Positions 12,711 to 25,856 of a stretch of DNA of 64,000 nucleotides are shown here, piece after piece. A program made the position numbers and the translations under genes. The notes below the pieces were generated by a model that saw only the letters and a list, made by a program, of their open reading frames with translations, was not told the DNA's origin and searched no databases. The DNA comes from the human T2T-CHM13v2.0 reference genome, Homo sapiens: assembly GCF_009914755.1 (NCBI RefSeq), contig NC_060940.1. One strand, 5' to 3'. Within the stretch, counting starts at the first letter, position 1; the number at the start of each line of letters is the position of its first letter.

Positions 12711-14949
12711 GGCCCTGTGCTCTCCCAGCATGCCAGTGAGTGAGTCACCTTCCTGCAGCACCCCCATATTCAGATGCATGTGAGAGTGGGGGCTTTTCAT
12801 GCCTGCCTTTTGTCTTTACCCACTGCCAAAACACAAAAAAACAAAAGAGGAGGCCTCACCCGCCCCCCGTCCTCCTCCTGTCGTGCCACGAGAAATGAGG
12901 CCTGACCCAGAAAAGGCAATTGCTGGAGGGGCTGTCTGGAGCCTGCCTCCCCGGCGGCCTCTGCTCCCAGGGAGGGGAGTGAGGGAAAGGAGGCAGGCAG
13001 CTTTTATGTAAAGACAGTGATGGTCCAGTGAGTACAAAACGCTGTTTCAAAGCCAGCGTTCATCACTACCACTTCCCACTGTGATCTCCATAGATTTCTT
13101 TGTCTCCTTCAATTGGCCCTAATTATGGAGCTGGAGGCTGCCTGATCAGTTTCATTCTTGTCATGAAATCCTGAGGGCACGCATGGGGACGGGGACACAG
13201 GCTCGCCAGCTGCACAGCCCGCAGACTGGCCTTGGGTCTTTGTGTGCGTGCGTGCCGGTGCGTGGGCCCCTGTCTGTTTGGAGACCTTCCTCCCCCTCTG
13301 CGTGTTCCCCAAGATGCCAGGCTGGTTCGGGGCCCCTGGCTCCCCTCTTTTTGGGCAGGAGGGAGTTCCCAGTGGGCCTCCCAGCTGAGAACTGGCTAGC
13401 TGGGATGTGCATATGGTAGGCAGGCTGGGATGCTGGCTACCACCAAGATGAACACCTGCAAAGATGAAAGCCACAGCCAAGCGGAGCACACCCCGCCTTC
13501 CCTCCACGCTGCCTCTAATGCCCTAATTATGCCGTGTTTGTTTCAGTAATTTACACTCTCCGGGTACTGATCCATCAATAGTGAATGTATTACCTGTCTC
13601 CGTGAGGTTTGGGAGATCCAGGATGCTGCTTTGAGAACGCCTGCGAAGCAGTAGGATCGGGGAGGTGGAGCAGTTTCCCCCACCCCTCCCTCTCCCCGCA
13701 CGCGTTCTTTCTCAGATGGCAGCGTTATTTGGCGAAAGCCATCTGAGGCTGGTACTTGGTACTGCTTTTCCGTTCCCCCTCCGTTTTATGCCTTTTTAAT
13801 ATTTAAAACCATCATTGGGCTGAACGATAAAATTCTTTCAAATCAAATTTTATCCTCTAATCTCGTGCATTGGCTTCCCTCTGGCCGGAAAAGTTGGTGG
13901 GAGCAGCACGGCTGAGCAGGGTGTGGGGGTGGCTCTGCAGGATGGAAACGCGTGCCAAGGTGGAGGCTGCCAAGACCCTCGCCCCCTGCACTCCTTCCCC
14001 CACCCCTCCAGCCCCATCCACAACCTCCAAGGAGGCAAACCGTGGGGCCACGTGGCCCGGGTTGTCACGGTAATGGGATGCGCCAGAGATGGCCAGGGAA
14101 GTCCGAAGACCTCGTCTTCCAAGGCCAAATCCAGCGTATGGGGCAGGAGCTTTCACTGACGGGAAAGAAAAGTTGCGAGGACATTTTCTAAAAGGTGAAA
14201 AAAAAAGGCGTGATCAGCTGCTGAGCCGTTTGCCGCTTTCCACCTGCTGTTGTCTCTGGCGAGGCCACAGAGGATGGGACAATAAAAACGTGCTGGCCTG
14301 CAGGAACCCCTGCTGCAGCCCTGCCTGCCCTGCTGTGTGTCACCGGCGTCCTGGGGTCCAGAGGCTTCTACCCATTGGTCCCCAAGGGCTCCAGGAACCA
14401 GAGGCCCATCCAGGATGGCTCCAAGCCCTGCCCTGGGGCTTTCCTTCTCTCTTCCCTTTTTGGCGGTTCTTCTGTATGGCAGCCGAGAGGGCATTTTCAG
14501 GGTGCCCAGGCATGACCCCTGAGCTTGGAGGCCCGTGCCGTGAGACCCCATGGAGTACGCCCAGGACAGCAGGACTCTCCTCTGTGTCGCCTACGTTTCT
14601 CCAAACACTCGCTTTGGCACGTGGTTGCCTTTGGGGTGTCTTTCTGCCCAGCTGGGTCTCCATGTGGGGAGGAGGGAGGGAGACTTTCCTGCCCTGTCCC
14701 AGCCCCAGTCTAGACCCCTCCCATCATTGCAGTCTGCTGCAGGGCCCAAGGGGCCCATCCTGGTTCTGGAACTCTTCCTGCATGGCCATGGGCAAGTGCC
14801 GTCCCTTCTCTGGGCCTCACTTTCCTTGTTTATAGAGCTGACGGCGATGACACGAGCATCATCCCACTCTGAGAGCTTCCCAGCCAGTGTCTTAAGTGTC
14901 TGATCCACATACATTTCCTTTGGCTGCAGGGTGCGACTTGGGACCTGTG

Positions 14950-15095
14950 TGAGGAGTGTGGACTTGGAGCCAGCCTGCCTAGGGTCACTTCCTGCCTCTG
15001 ACAATTGTTAGCTGTGTGACCTTGGGCAAGTTACTCAACCTCTCTGTGCCTCAGTTCCCTCACTTGTAAATGGGGGTAATAGAAGAGCCTGCATC
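14950..15095 (+). mobile_element. MIR
   Basis: TAGCTGTGTGACCTTGGGCAAGTTACTCAACCTCTCTGTGCCTCAGTTCCCTCACTTGTAAATGGGG core. Confidence 0.85.
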
Positions 15096-15109
15096 TTGGT
15101 GGGAGGTGC

Positions 15110-15424
15110 AGGTTCACCCCAAGGCTGGCTCCCTTTGAGGGCTGGGAGGGAAGGGTCTGTCCAGGCAGGCCTCTCTCCCCTACTTGGCCGTCCGTTCCCT
15201 GTGTCTCTTCGCATCATCATTCTGCTGTCTGCATCTGTCTCTGTGTCCAGATTTCCCCTTGTTAGAAGGACTCCAGTCAGTGGGTTCAGGCCCACCCTAC
15301 CCCAGTGTGACCTCATCTGAACTAATTAATTACATCTGCAATTTCCAGATGAGGGCACATTTTGTGGCACTGGGGGTTAGGACTTCAGCGTAAGAATTTG
15401 GGGGACACAGTTTAGCCCATGACA
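15110..15424 (-). mobile_element. MaLR LTR (MLT1B/C-like)
   Basis: GGGTTCAGGCCCACCCTA..TGACCTCATC..TAATTACATCTGCAA..GGGGGTTAGGACTTCA..TTTGGGGGACACAGTTTAGCCCATGACA. Confidence 0.8.
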
Positions 15425-18400
15425 TAGGTGTTGCCTCGGACGGCGGAGCCCTGGCCTGGATGCCTTTGTCCGTGAGGTTCCCGAGTGCCGAGTGCCGGGA
15501 GGGACAGCCCCTCTCCTCCAGCCCCATCTCTCTGATCTCGCCTTCCCATGGGCTCAGCCCGAAGGCTGTTTCATGAGCGTCATCATCGGTCGGCCCTGGT
15601 ATGTTTGTTCTTCCAGGGGCTCCCAGGATGGATCCAGTCCCTCCCGGGAGCCGGGCCACACCAGCTGTCCCACTGCCAGGCCGCATGGCCAAGAGTCGCA
15701 GCTGCTCCTACAACGTGCTCACGGGCCCGACGCCGGCCCCCGCGCCCCCCCGACTGCCGTGCTCCATGGCTTCCCATGTGGAAAGTATCACCCCTCCCAC
15801 CTCTGAGAGCAGCCGTGTGAGACCCCCGTCCACAGCCCCGGCATGGAGGGCCTCTTTCTCCTGGGCTGCAGGAAACCCCGGAGCCGGTGGGCTCTCCTCC
15901 GTGCCCCCAGGCCCCCTGGCAGCCCCTCCCTACTCCCCCAGCTCAGGCGAGCTCAGTGCAGAAGGCACAGTAGCTAACTTTCTTATTTTAAATAATTCCA
16001 GCATGCAGCGCGAGAGGAGTAAGTGCCCGCAGCTGCCAGGGGGCTGGATGGAGCTGTTTTGATTGCACTACCATGGTTGAGAGTGAGGGTTGGTTACAGG
16101 CTGTTCCTTGCTAGGCTCGCATCACCCCTCTAAGATGCAGAATTGTGTGTGTGGTGGGGGCACCTCCATCTCTTGTAGCCTGGAGGAGACAATAGTAGGA
16201 TGGGCCTCGGCCTCTGGCGGGAGGGTACAGGGTGCTGGTCCCAGTGTGGGCGCTCTGGTCTGAGGACGAAACCCCCCCCCCCCCAGACCAGACCCCATGG
16301 TCTGGAGGGCCCGGCCGTGGAAGATGAAAACAGGAAAGAGCGGACGGGAGAAATAAAGGGGGAAACGGCGATGTGGAGCCCCAATTGCTAGCAGATGGTG
16401 CTGGTATTAGGAAAATGAAAATACATGCAGTAAATTTGCTATTAGCCAGTGTTAATTTCTTATCCCAAGGTAAAAACCTTCCCCCGGCCCTGGCCGTACC
16501 ATCTGCATGTTCATAAAACACATCACAGCAGAACTGATCACGGCAGTGTGCATGTGAGGCTGTGGGTGGTCAGGCTTCAGAGGGGGAGGGGGAGGGACAC
16601 CGTGCACCTGCTGGGCTCCTGGGGACACAGCGGGGGCTTCACACCTTCGGCCTAGGTACATCCAGGTACGATCCTGGGCGAGGTGGGGGCTTCTCAGCTC
16701 AGCCCAGGCCCCCTGTTGGTTTTGCCCCATCACTGAGCAGAGGCTGGAGTATGGGTTGCAAGGATCCCCAGGAAGGTTCTGCCACCGAGAACCCTCTCCT
16801 GCCCCAGCTGTTCCTCAGGGAGCCAGTGCTAGAGGGCTGGGATACTTAGTCTGGGTTGGCGGATAAAATGTTACAGGACTTTCCTGCCGGTTGGCAAAGA
16901 GGCTGTTCCTCGCCCTACCCCCAAGCCTTCCCGGACCCTTGGGCCCCCTCCCCCAGCCCTTCCCGTGTCTGGACGGTGAAAGAGTTAAGGTTTTGCAGGA
17001 CAGGCAGGCACCACCTTGCTTCAGCCCCTGCCTTGCCGGGCTGGTTGTTAAATGTAACGTCACCCCTGTGGATGCCCTCGGTCATCGTAATTGGTCACCT
17101 GGCTGTCACCGTCCCCCGCCTCTCTACAGGGGAGGCAGTGTCTCTTCGTCCTCCTCTTTCCAGAGGCCAGGGGATTCACTGCTGCACCCACCCCTTTGGT
17201 GGTGGGCGACGCTGTCCTTGCCAGCTTCACTTCACTGGGGTGAGCCCCTCTCCCCAGCTGGCCTCTTGCATCTCGCTCGATTCCCCACCAGGAGGGCAGG
17301 GTCAGCCAAAGAATGCACCCACTGCTGGCTGCCACCAGCTTCCCAGAACGCTGCATTCCCTACATGGCATCGGCCACCAGCCTGGCCGCTCTTGAGGGGG
17401 TCCCTGGGCCTTGAGAGAGGCAGCACATGCTCACTGGCTGACTGGCCCCCCCTTCCCCGCTGCGGGCCTTGGGGGGCCCGTGTCCCAGCCTGGGCCTGCT
17501 AGGCTGCTAATTACCAGTGTGGGAACGGCTTTATGATCCTCAAGGGCCCTGAAAGAGCCCCCCACATCTGGTCAATTAATGCTGAATCTGTAATTCGGAT
17601 GACATACAACCCCGGCCAGTGCTCCAAATGAGGCGATTAAAGAAAGGGCTCTTCTCCTGCCTCGCCAGAGAACAAGCAAAACCGGGGGCTTCTTTATTTC
17701 TCGGGATTGATAGGCCCTGTCTGTGACCTTTGCTGGGACAAGAAGTATTATCAGGAATATTTCTGTATTTCCCGACTTGGCGGGCTGCATAAATCTCCTA
17801 TCAACTTGGGCAGGCGGCGAAATCTGCCGTGGCCGTTATTAACAAGGAGCACTTTCCTGGAGGGAGGGGGGCCTTTGTCAGGGGGCCCGGGGACGCTGGA
17901 GGGCTGAGGACAGCCCAGATAAGCACCCGAGGCCTGCTGCCTCCCAAAACGGCCCTCGGCCTCTGTACCTACTGCCCTGGGGGGCAGCTGTGCGCACAGC
18001 TCTGGGGAAATGAGAGTCCCCCCAGGGACTTTCACATGTTCACACTCACACATATTCACACACACGTTCACACTAACACATGTTCACACATATACTCACA
18101 CATCTGCGGGTGGGGTACACTCCTGCATGCCAGGAGGGCCATGGGCTGTGCTGACTTCCAGGCCCCCAAATCCTCCCCTTCCCGGGATCCCCGTGTACCC
18201 GCCTCTCCCCTCCCTCCCTCCTCTCTGCCCAGCTGGGGACTTTTCAGGCCCCACCCCCACCGGCTTCCTAGCAGGAGCTGAAAGGAACGTTGGTGACCAC
18301 TCTGCACCCCAGACCTCCTGCCTGGGGCATGGGAGACCCAGGATGCCACCTGAGCACCTGCTGGGGTGGGGAGGGTTTGTGGGTGGCTTCTAGGTCGGGC

Positions 18401-18689
18401 AGGGCCCTGTTTCTCAGCTGTGCACACAGGTGGAGAGGGAGAGGGCTGTGGACCTGAGAGCCCTGGACGCTGGGCAGAGCCTGGATGCTGGGTGGGCAGG
18501 GCCTGGGCTGGGTGGGAGCTTTGACACGGCGCGGGTGGAGCCTGGGCACTTTTGGAAGAACTCCAGAGGAGCCATGGCGGGAACCTGGTGGGTTGAGTTT
18601 CCCTGGCATCTCTGGAAGGTGGGGCGGGGGGTCCCTGGTATTTGTTTACCAGCTCTCCAAGTGAATAACATTTCTGAAGCATCGTGCCT

Positions 18690-19830
18690 GAGCATGTGTG
18701 ACCCAGTGTGTGTGTGTATGCGCATATGTGTGAATGTCAGTGAATGTGTATGTGTGACGTGTGCAAATGTATGGCGGTGTATGGAATGTGAACGTGAGAT
18801 ATTGTGTGTGTGTGAACGTGTGAATGTGACTGTGTGAATGTGGATGACTGAACATGTGTGAACTTGTGTGACATTGTGAATGTATGTGTGAATATGTGTG
18901 AGACGTGTGTGAATGTGAGTGTGAATATGTGTGAATGTGTGTGAACATGTGTGAGATATTGTGAACATGTGACAGAGACATTGTGTGTGAAGGAATGTGT
19001 GTGATGTGAACCTGAGTGATTGAGCATGAATGTGAACGTGTGTGACATTGTGGGAATGTGAGAGTGATCGTGTGGTGTGTGAATGCATGTGTGAATGTGA
19101 GACTGTGTGACCTGTGTGAATGAACATGAGACGTGAGTGTGAATGTGTGAACTGTGTGTTTATGAATGTATCTGATTGTGAAGGTGTGTGTGAGGCGTGT
19201 GATTGAACATTTGTGCAATTGAACGTGTGTGATCATGACCCTGTGATTGTGAGCGTGTGAGTGAATGTGTGTGACATTGTGTATGTCACTGAATGAATGT
19301 GTGTGATTGTGTGAACATGTGTGACCTTGTGTGCGTGTGTGAACGTGTGGGCCCGCGTGTGAATGAGTGTGAACTTGTGTGAACATGTGTGACTGTGTGT
19401 GTGAACGCATGGGCCCATGTGTGAATGTGAGTGTGTGTGATTAACGCGTGGGCCTGCTTGTGAATGAGTGTGAGTGTGTGAGATTGTGTGAACATGTGTG
19501 ACATTGTGTGTGTGAACATGTGGGCCCGCGTGTGAATGAGTGTGAGCATGTGTGATTGTGTGAGCGTGTGTGACATCTTGTGCATGTGTGAACGCATGGG
19601 CCTGTGTGTGAATGAGTGTGTGTGTGATTGTGTGAGCATGTGTGACATTGCGTGTGTGACTGGGCCCGCGTGTGAATGAGTATGAACATGTGTGATTGAG
19701 CATGTGTGACATTGTGTGCATGTGTGAATGCGTGGGCCTGTGTGTGAGCGTGTGTGATTGAGCATGTGTGATATGTGAATGTGTTTGAGACAGCGTGTGC
19801 GTGTGGGAGGGATGGAGTGTGTGTGGAGCA
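18690..19830. repeat. Degenerate TG-rich minisatellite (~1.1 kb) with higher-order units
   Basis: GTGTGAATG, GTGTGAACATG and GTGACATTG motifs; TGGGCCCGCGTGTGAATGAGT recurs at 19348, 19521 and 19661. Confidence 0.95.
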
Positions 19831-20956
19831 TGTGTGGCGGGCCCTTTGTGGGAGAAGTGGGTGTTGGGCTCCCGCCCGGCCACGCTGCACCACCATTTGG
19901 CTCTGTGACCCTCCGCAGCTCACTCTGCCTCTTGGGACCCCTCTTTTCCGTCCTGTAAAATGGGAACCCCGTTTTCCCCAGGGCTAGCCGAGAATCCCTG
20001 GGATGAAGCTTGGGCCGCACTCGGTGCTGACATGCGGTGGGGGGGACCAGACGTGCTCTCGGAGCTGGACCAGGGACAGCCCACAGCTGTGTGCCCTCCT
20101 GGGGAGCAGGGCACAGGGCATTTGAGGTGCCTGTGTCCCGAGGGCCACCCTGCCCTTTCCTCCTTACTCTTGTTCGTGTGGGAAGAGATGCTAGGGCAGA
20201 GGCCATCGGGACTTACAGACCCCCTGACATTGGTGGCAAAATTGGGGTCCTTCCCTGTAGTCCTAGCAGAAGGTCCACGGCTTTCATCGGATCCAGAGAA
20301 CAGCGCCTGACCCTGGGGTTGAGGTGTAGGGGCCTCTGTCGGGCCCTCCTGGTTTATTTCCAGGGCCCCTGGAGGTACCCAGGAGTTTAATTGTTTAACT
20401 CTAGTTTCCCCTCCAGTTGCTACCCTGTCACCCCCAGCCTGAATTAGAACTGAGGGCCCCAACTCAGAAAGTGGGGAGATGAGGCTGGTTAGTTTGGGCC
20501 AAGAGAAGGGAGATTTGGGAGCCCAGTGGCTCTAACTTTTCTCCCGACTCCCAGATGCGGATGGAGCCTTGGTGGGAACTGGTTCTTTGCAAACAGCCAA
20601 CCTTTTGCTCCTCACAGCCTTGCTGGCTCAGCGGTGCTGGGGAGGGGTCCTGGAGGCAGTCACCTGGCTGTCGGCAGTGCCCCCCGTGGCAAGACCAGCC
20701 TCCCCTCTGACCCTGAGATGGGCATGGGCTGGGGGTGCTGGGGGCTCCTGGCTGCAGGCAGACCAGCCACTCAGGGTCCGGACCTCACCGGGACTCCGTC
20801 GGCTCCTTTTCAAAATCAACTGTTGTTCTTTGTAGAAGAGGCGTTTCATTTCTTCATTCATTCCATAAATGGACAGCCAGGGACGGTTCTGGGTGCTAGG
20901 AATTCATCACCAACAAAAGACAAAAATCCCGTGTTCCTGGAGCTGACTTTCCAGAG

Positions 20957-21180
20957 CAGCGCTGTCTGCTGGAACATTCTACACTGATGGAATGTTCTAG
21001 ATCCGCGATGCCCAAATCGGAAGCCTCCAGCCACATGTGGCTATAGAGTGCTCAGAATGTGGCTGGAGCAATGAGGATCGGATGCACTCGTTGTATTTAA
21101 TTTTAATTCACGTCAGTTTAAGGCTAAGTAGCACCTGCGGCCAGGGGCACCCCCCGCCCCCCGCTCCCGTCAGTACAGAG
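20957..21180 (+). mobile_element. MER3 (hAT-Charlie), preceded by an L2 3' end (-) at ~20847-20955
   Basis: CAGCGCTGTC..GATGGAATGTTCTAGATC..AGCCACATGTGGCTAT..TATTTAATTTTAATT. Confidence 0.75.
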
Positions 21181-21203
21181 CTAGTGGGAAGAGCTCCGTG
21201 TGA

Positions 21204-21552
<349 letters not shown>

Positions 21553-21789
21553 TGTGCATATTTTCTTCACTGACGCTGTTTCCAAGTCACAGAGGCCTTC
21601 ACATGTGTCTGGGAGGGTTTTGCCCGGGCACTTGCAGGGGTGGGGTGGGAGGAGCATTTCTACCCGTGGCCCCTTCTTCTGCTTAAACACACAGCAGATC
21701 CAGAAATTTCTCTCCAGCAGAATGCAGCCCCTCAAGGATGGGGGCCTTGGTTACATCGGTTTTTATGTTTAACTTCCACCCAGAGCTTG

Positions 21790-21990
21790 GCGTTTCAGGG
21801 GAGCCTGAGTTGAAGGCACAAATGCGTGACAGTTCCTGCTCTGCCCTTTACAAGCTGTGTGACCTTGGGCAAGTTACTGAACCTCTCTGTGCCTCAGTCA
21901 ATAGGGATGATGACGGCACCCCTTGCAGACCTTTTGGAAGGCTTAACTGGATGAGTCACCCTAAGCATTCGGAGCAGTGTGGGTGGGGGC
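21790..21990 (+). mobile_element. MIR
   Basis: AGCTGTGTGACCTTGGGCAAGTTACTGAACCTCTCTGTGCCTCAGT. Confidence 0.8.
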
Positions 21991-22932
21991 GCTCTGGGTG
22001 GAGGAGACCAGCTCTAGGCGAGGGTGCCTGGACTCCCTCATGGCTGCCTCTCTCTCCAGGCCCCGCCACCTCTGTTCAGCCAGCTCTGGGAGACTTGGAT
22101 TGCATTTGGCTATTGGAGAGTGTCACCCCATCTTTTAAAGCTGCAGGGAAGTGAAGGAATCATCCTCTCTAGTCCTTTTGTTTGGAAACTGAGCCCAGAG
22201 ACCACAAGCAAACTGGCTGGGGTCACACAGCTGCTGGGTCAGTCACAGAGCTGGGGGCAACCGTGGGCATCCTGGTCTATCGAGTGGGTCATTGTGGTGG
22301 CTGCCGCCTACCTAACCAAACCTGGTCCCACGGGCCAGCTCTCACTGTGGGGCAGCCAGCTGGAGGGACGGGGCCAGCTTGCCCCACCCCGCCCCTCCCC
22401 TCCACAGCAGAGAGTGCCCTGGCTCCATGGGGCCCAGCACAAGCTCTGGAGGCCACAGGAGTGCCTCCCCTCCAGGGCCTGGCAAGGCTGGCTCTCTGCA
22501 GGGCTGGTCAGGTCAGCTGCCTTGATTTCCCTCTCCCAGGGGCCTGATGTCATCATTCAGGGGCAGCCTGGGGACTTGAGGGAGGATGCAGTTCCCACTG
22601 CCTTCTCCCGTCCTCCCCTCCCCTTCCCTTGCTTCTCCTTCTCCTTCCTGCTTCCACGTCCTGACCCCCTGGCCCTCCCCAGCCCGGCCCCTTAGCCTCC
22701 CCTCCCTCCCGGCCCCTCACTCCCCCCCTACCAGGGCTGCCCTGTGCTAGCGCCTGCCTGTGTGAATGTCTAATCTCCAATTTTATTCGCTGGGCTCCAG
22801 CCCATTTGCATAATCCACACAGTCACCCTGGTTTTAATTGCCCACAACTCTGCAGAAAGATCATGTGGTTAAGTGGTAAATCATAATTAGATAAATAATT
22901 GGTTTGGCCACAGCAAGCTGCTTTTGTTACAC

Positions 22933-22946
22933 CTGCCATCTGCTGG
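22933..22946 (-). promoter_or_regulatory. CTCF core motif
   Basis: Reverse complement CCAGCAGATGGCAG fits CCASYAGRKGGCRS at 14/14. Confidence 0.55.
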
Positions 22947-24105
22947 ACCCGTTTTTTCTTCTGGCCAGAACAATGCGGTTCTGATGACAGAGCATGCTGC
23001 TTCTCTCTTCTGGGGGGGCCGGAGGGGGCTGAATGGAGGGGCTCGGAAGCAGTGCCTGGAAAATTGCCCGGTTGCTGGGGTCCGCGCCTGGCCTGCGCTT
23101 CTTTCTCTCCAAGCGGGCACACCACACACTCGCCATTCATTACCCGGCTTGGTTAATGCATCAGAGTGGCAAATTTGACTTCTTTGCAGAAAAGGGAGGG
23201 AGGAAAGGGGCCTGGAGGAGGAGGGGGACCAGCCAGGGCTGCCCAAGGCCTGGCCTGCCTGCCGGTTGTCGGTGGCCCCGATGGGCCAGGGCAGGAGGCC
23301 TGCTGTGGAGGGCCTGGGCCCGATCCCTGGGGGGTGGGGGGGGGGGGGCGGAGGGGACAGGCGGGCAGGGGTTGGAACCGCCAGACCTCCCTGCCCCACC
23401 GCGGTCAGCTTCTCCATCTGCTCTCCACCGAAGCCTCCTTTATTTTCCATGCCCCAGGCCCCATCTGTGAGCCCTGAGTCTCCAGGGGAATTGTGGCTCC
23501 CTGGCTGGACGGTCGCCTGGCCAGGGCCTTCCTTGGGGCTGCTGGCCTGCCTTTCATGCTGTCCTTCCAGCAAGCTCTTAGCTCCTAGACTCCAGGAACG
23601 GTTTCAAATTGTCCTTCCTTCACTCGCTCCCTCACGCATACACGCACACATTCATTCATTCAGCAAACGCCCGTGGAGCCTCTTCCTACATCAGAGTGCA
23701 GGTTCGAACTTGGTCTCCGTGGGTCAGATGGCCGCTGTGGGATGTGAGCAAGTTTCTCAGCCTCTCAGAGCAGGTTTCTTCCTCTGTAACACAGGAGTCA
23801 TTATTGTCCCTGCCTTCTGGGCCTATTAGGAGGATCAAAGGACAGAATGTGGATAAAGTCTGTCGAGTGACACCTGCACGAAACACAGGCCCAGTGTCTG
23901 TGGCTGGTGAGTGCGTGACTGCTGGTCATGCCCGCTCCCGGGGAGGGCGCCAGCGCCGCTCACCTTGGGCATCATTGGAGGCCCACGAGGCTGTGCTGAA
24001 CATGCTGAAGGAAGAGGTACCAGTGCCATGGGAAGGGCCCAGGAATGAGGAGCCTTGGAAAGAAACCAGGGGGCCAGGGGAACAGGCAGAGGGGCGGTAA
24101 GGAAG

Positions 24106-24282
24106 GGCAGGTTCTCTGGGGCCTGCACAGGCCAGGACGTTCCTGTCTCTGTTGAGTTCGGACTGGCAGGTTCTCTGGAGCCCACACAGGCCAGGACGTT
24201 CCTGTCTCTGTTGAGTACAGACCGGCAGGTTCTCTGGGGCCCGCACAGGCTGGGACATTCCTGTCTCTCTCGAGTACAGACC
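24106..24282. repeat. Minisatellite, 3 x 59 bp
   Basis: GGCAGGTTCTCTGG..CACAGGCCAGGACGTTCCTGTCTCTGTTGAGT.. at 24106, 24165 and 24224. Confidence 0.93.
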
Positions 24283-24727
24283 AGCACATGGTCCTGCTCT
24301 CTGGCCCCTGCATCCCCTCCAGACTGCGTTCTGGAAGCCCTGCCCAGGCCTCACACGCTGCCCCAAGGGTCTTTATTACCTGGGGTCTTCTAGCATTTTC
24401 CTCTGGAGAAACTCAGGAAGCATCCTTTCTCTGCATCCTTTCTCTTTGGGGGCCCAGCTTCTCCTTTTCAGTTTGACAGACACAGCCTGAATGCCCAAGG
24501 CCCCTCTGCGGAGACTTAGAGACTTAGGCTGGTGGAGAGGGTTGTGCCTCCTGGCTGAGAACCCCTCAGGGCAGATAGCTGGCTCAGAGTCCTCATGGTC
24601 TTGTTGATCAGGAAACACTGGTATGTTCCTTCCTGAAAACCCTCTGATGCCTGTTGAGGAGCCTCTAGGACACGTTCCATGTGGTTGGGACTTTGTAATG
24701 CCAGATCTTTTCTGTGTTTTAACATTC

Positions 24728-25210
24728 CTCCATCCATCATCTACCCATCTACCTTTCATCTATTTCTCTCCCTCCCTCCCTTCCTTCCTCCCATCCACTC
24801 ACCCACCCATTCATTCATGCACCTATTCCTCTCTCTATCCCCACACCCAGCCATTCACTCATCCACCCAACCATCTATCCATCCATCCCTCTATCCATCC
24901 ATTCCCCCACCCACCCACCCACCCACCCACCCACTCTTCCATCTACCCACACATCCATCCACCCACCCACTTTTCTATCTGCCCACCCACCCATTCCTCC
25001 ATCCACCCACCCATTCTTCCATCTGCCCACCGATCCACCCACCCACCCATTCCTCCGCCCTCCCACCCATTCCTCTATCCACCCACTCATTCCTCCATCC
25101 GCCCACCCATTCTTCCATCTGCCCACCCATCCATCTACCCATCCACCCATTCCTCCGTCCACCCCTGAACCCATCTGTCCCTCAACCCATGCACTCATCC
25201 ACTGTCTATC
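24728..25210. repeat. (CCAT/CCAC)n C-rich low-complexity repeat
   Basis: CCATCCACCCACCCATTCTTCCATCTGCCCACC units; almost no G on the + strand. Confidence 0.92.
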
Positions 25211-25856
25211 CGTGGTCCCTACATTTGGTCTAAAGGTAGGATCTTTTCTCTGGCAGAGACGTGGCTGCCTCCCCCACCGCTGCATCGCAGCTCGAAGGAC
25301 GGATGCATCTGCTCTTCTCACATCAGCATGATGGTCCGCCTAACGTGAGGGGAGGGGGCCTGGCCCACCTTAGCTGCAGAACGCATCACTGACTTGGGAA
25401 ATGAAGCCTCAAGATAGTTCCCCGGGGAGGAGCAGTGTTCTCAGACTTCTGTGACGCTTCTAGACTCAAGCTTTCAGAGAGACTCCCATGACAGCAGCCG
25501 GGCACCTGGCTCACTGTGTTCATCATGTGTGTGCTCGTGTGTTCTGGAATCCTCCCAGGAAGATTCCGCCTTCAGGTGGCCCACCTTGTTTTCTCCATAA
25601 GCCCACATACACCTCACAGACCAAATATCATAAACGTTGGCTCAGAAAATTTAAGTTGTTTCTGTATTCTAACATTATGCTGCCCAATACAGTAGCCACT
25701 ATCTATTTATGCTTAATTTTAAAATTTTAAATTAATGAAATAAAATCTAGAATTCAGTTCCTTTGTCACACTGGCCACAATTCAAGTGCTTAGAGGCCAT
25801 GTGTGCCAGTACTGGACAGTTCAGATGGACAACGTTCTCTTCATCATGGAAAGTTC

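Noticed and set aside
18414-20206. Several 200-300-aa His/Thr/Met-rich minus-strand ORFs
   Set aside because: Artefacts of the TG minisatellite
24623-25321. Pro/His/Ser and Gly/Trp ORFs
   Set aside because: CCAT/CCAC repeat translation
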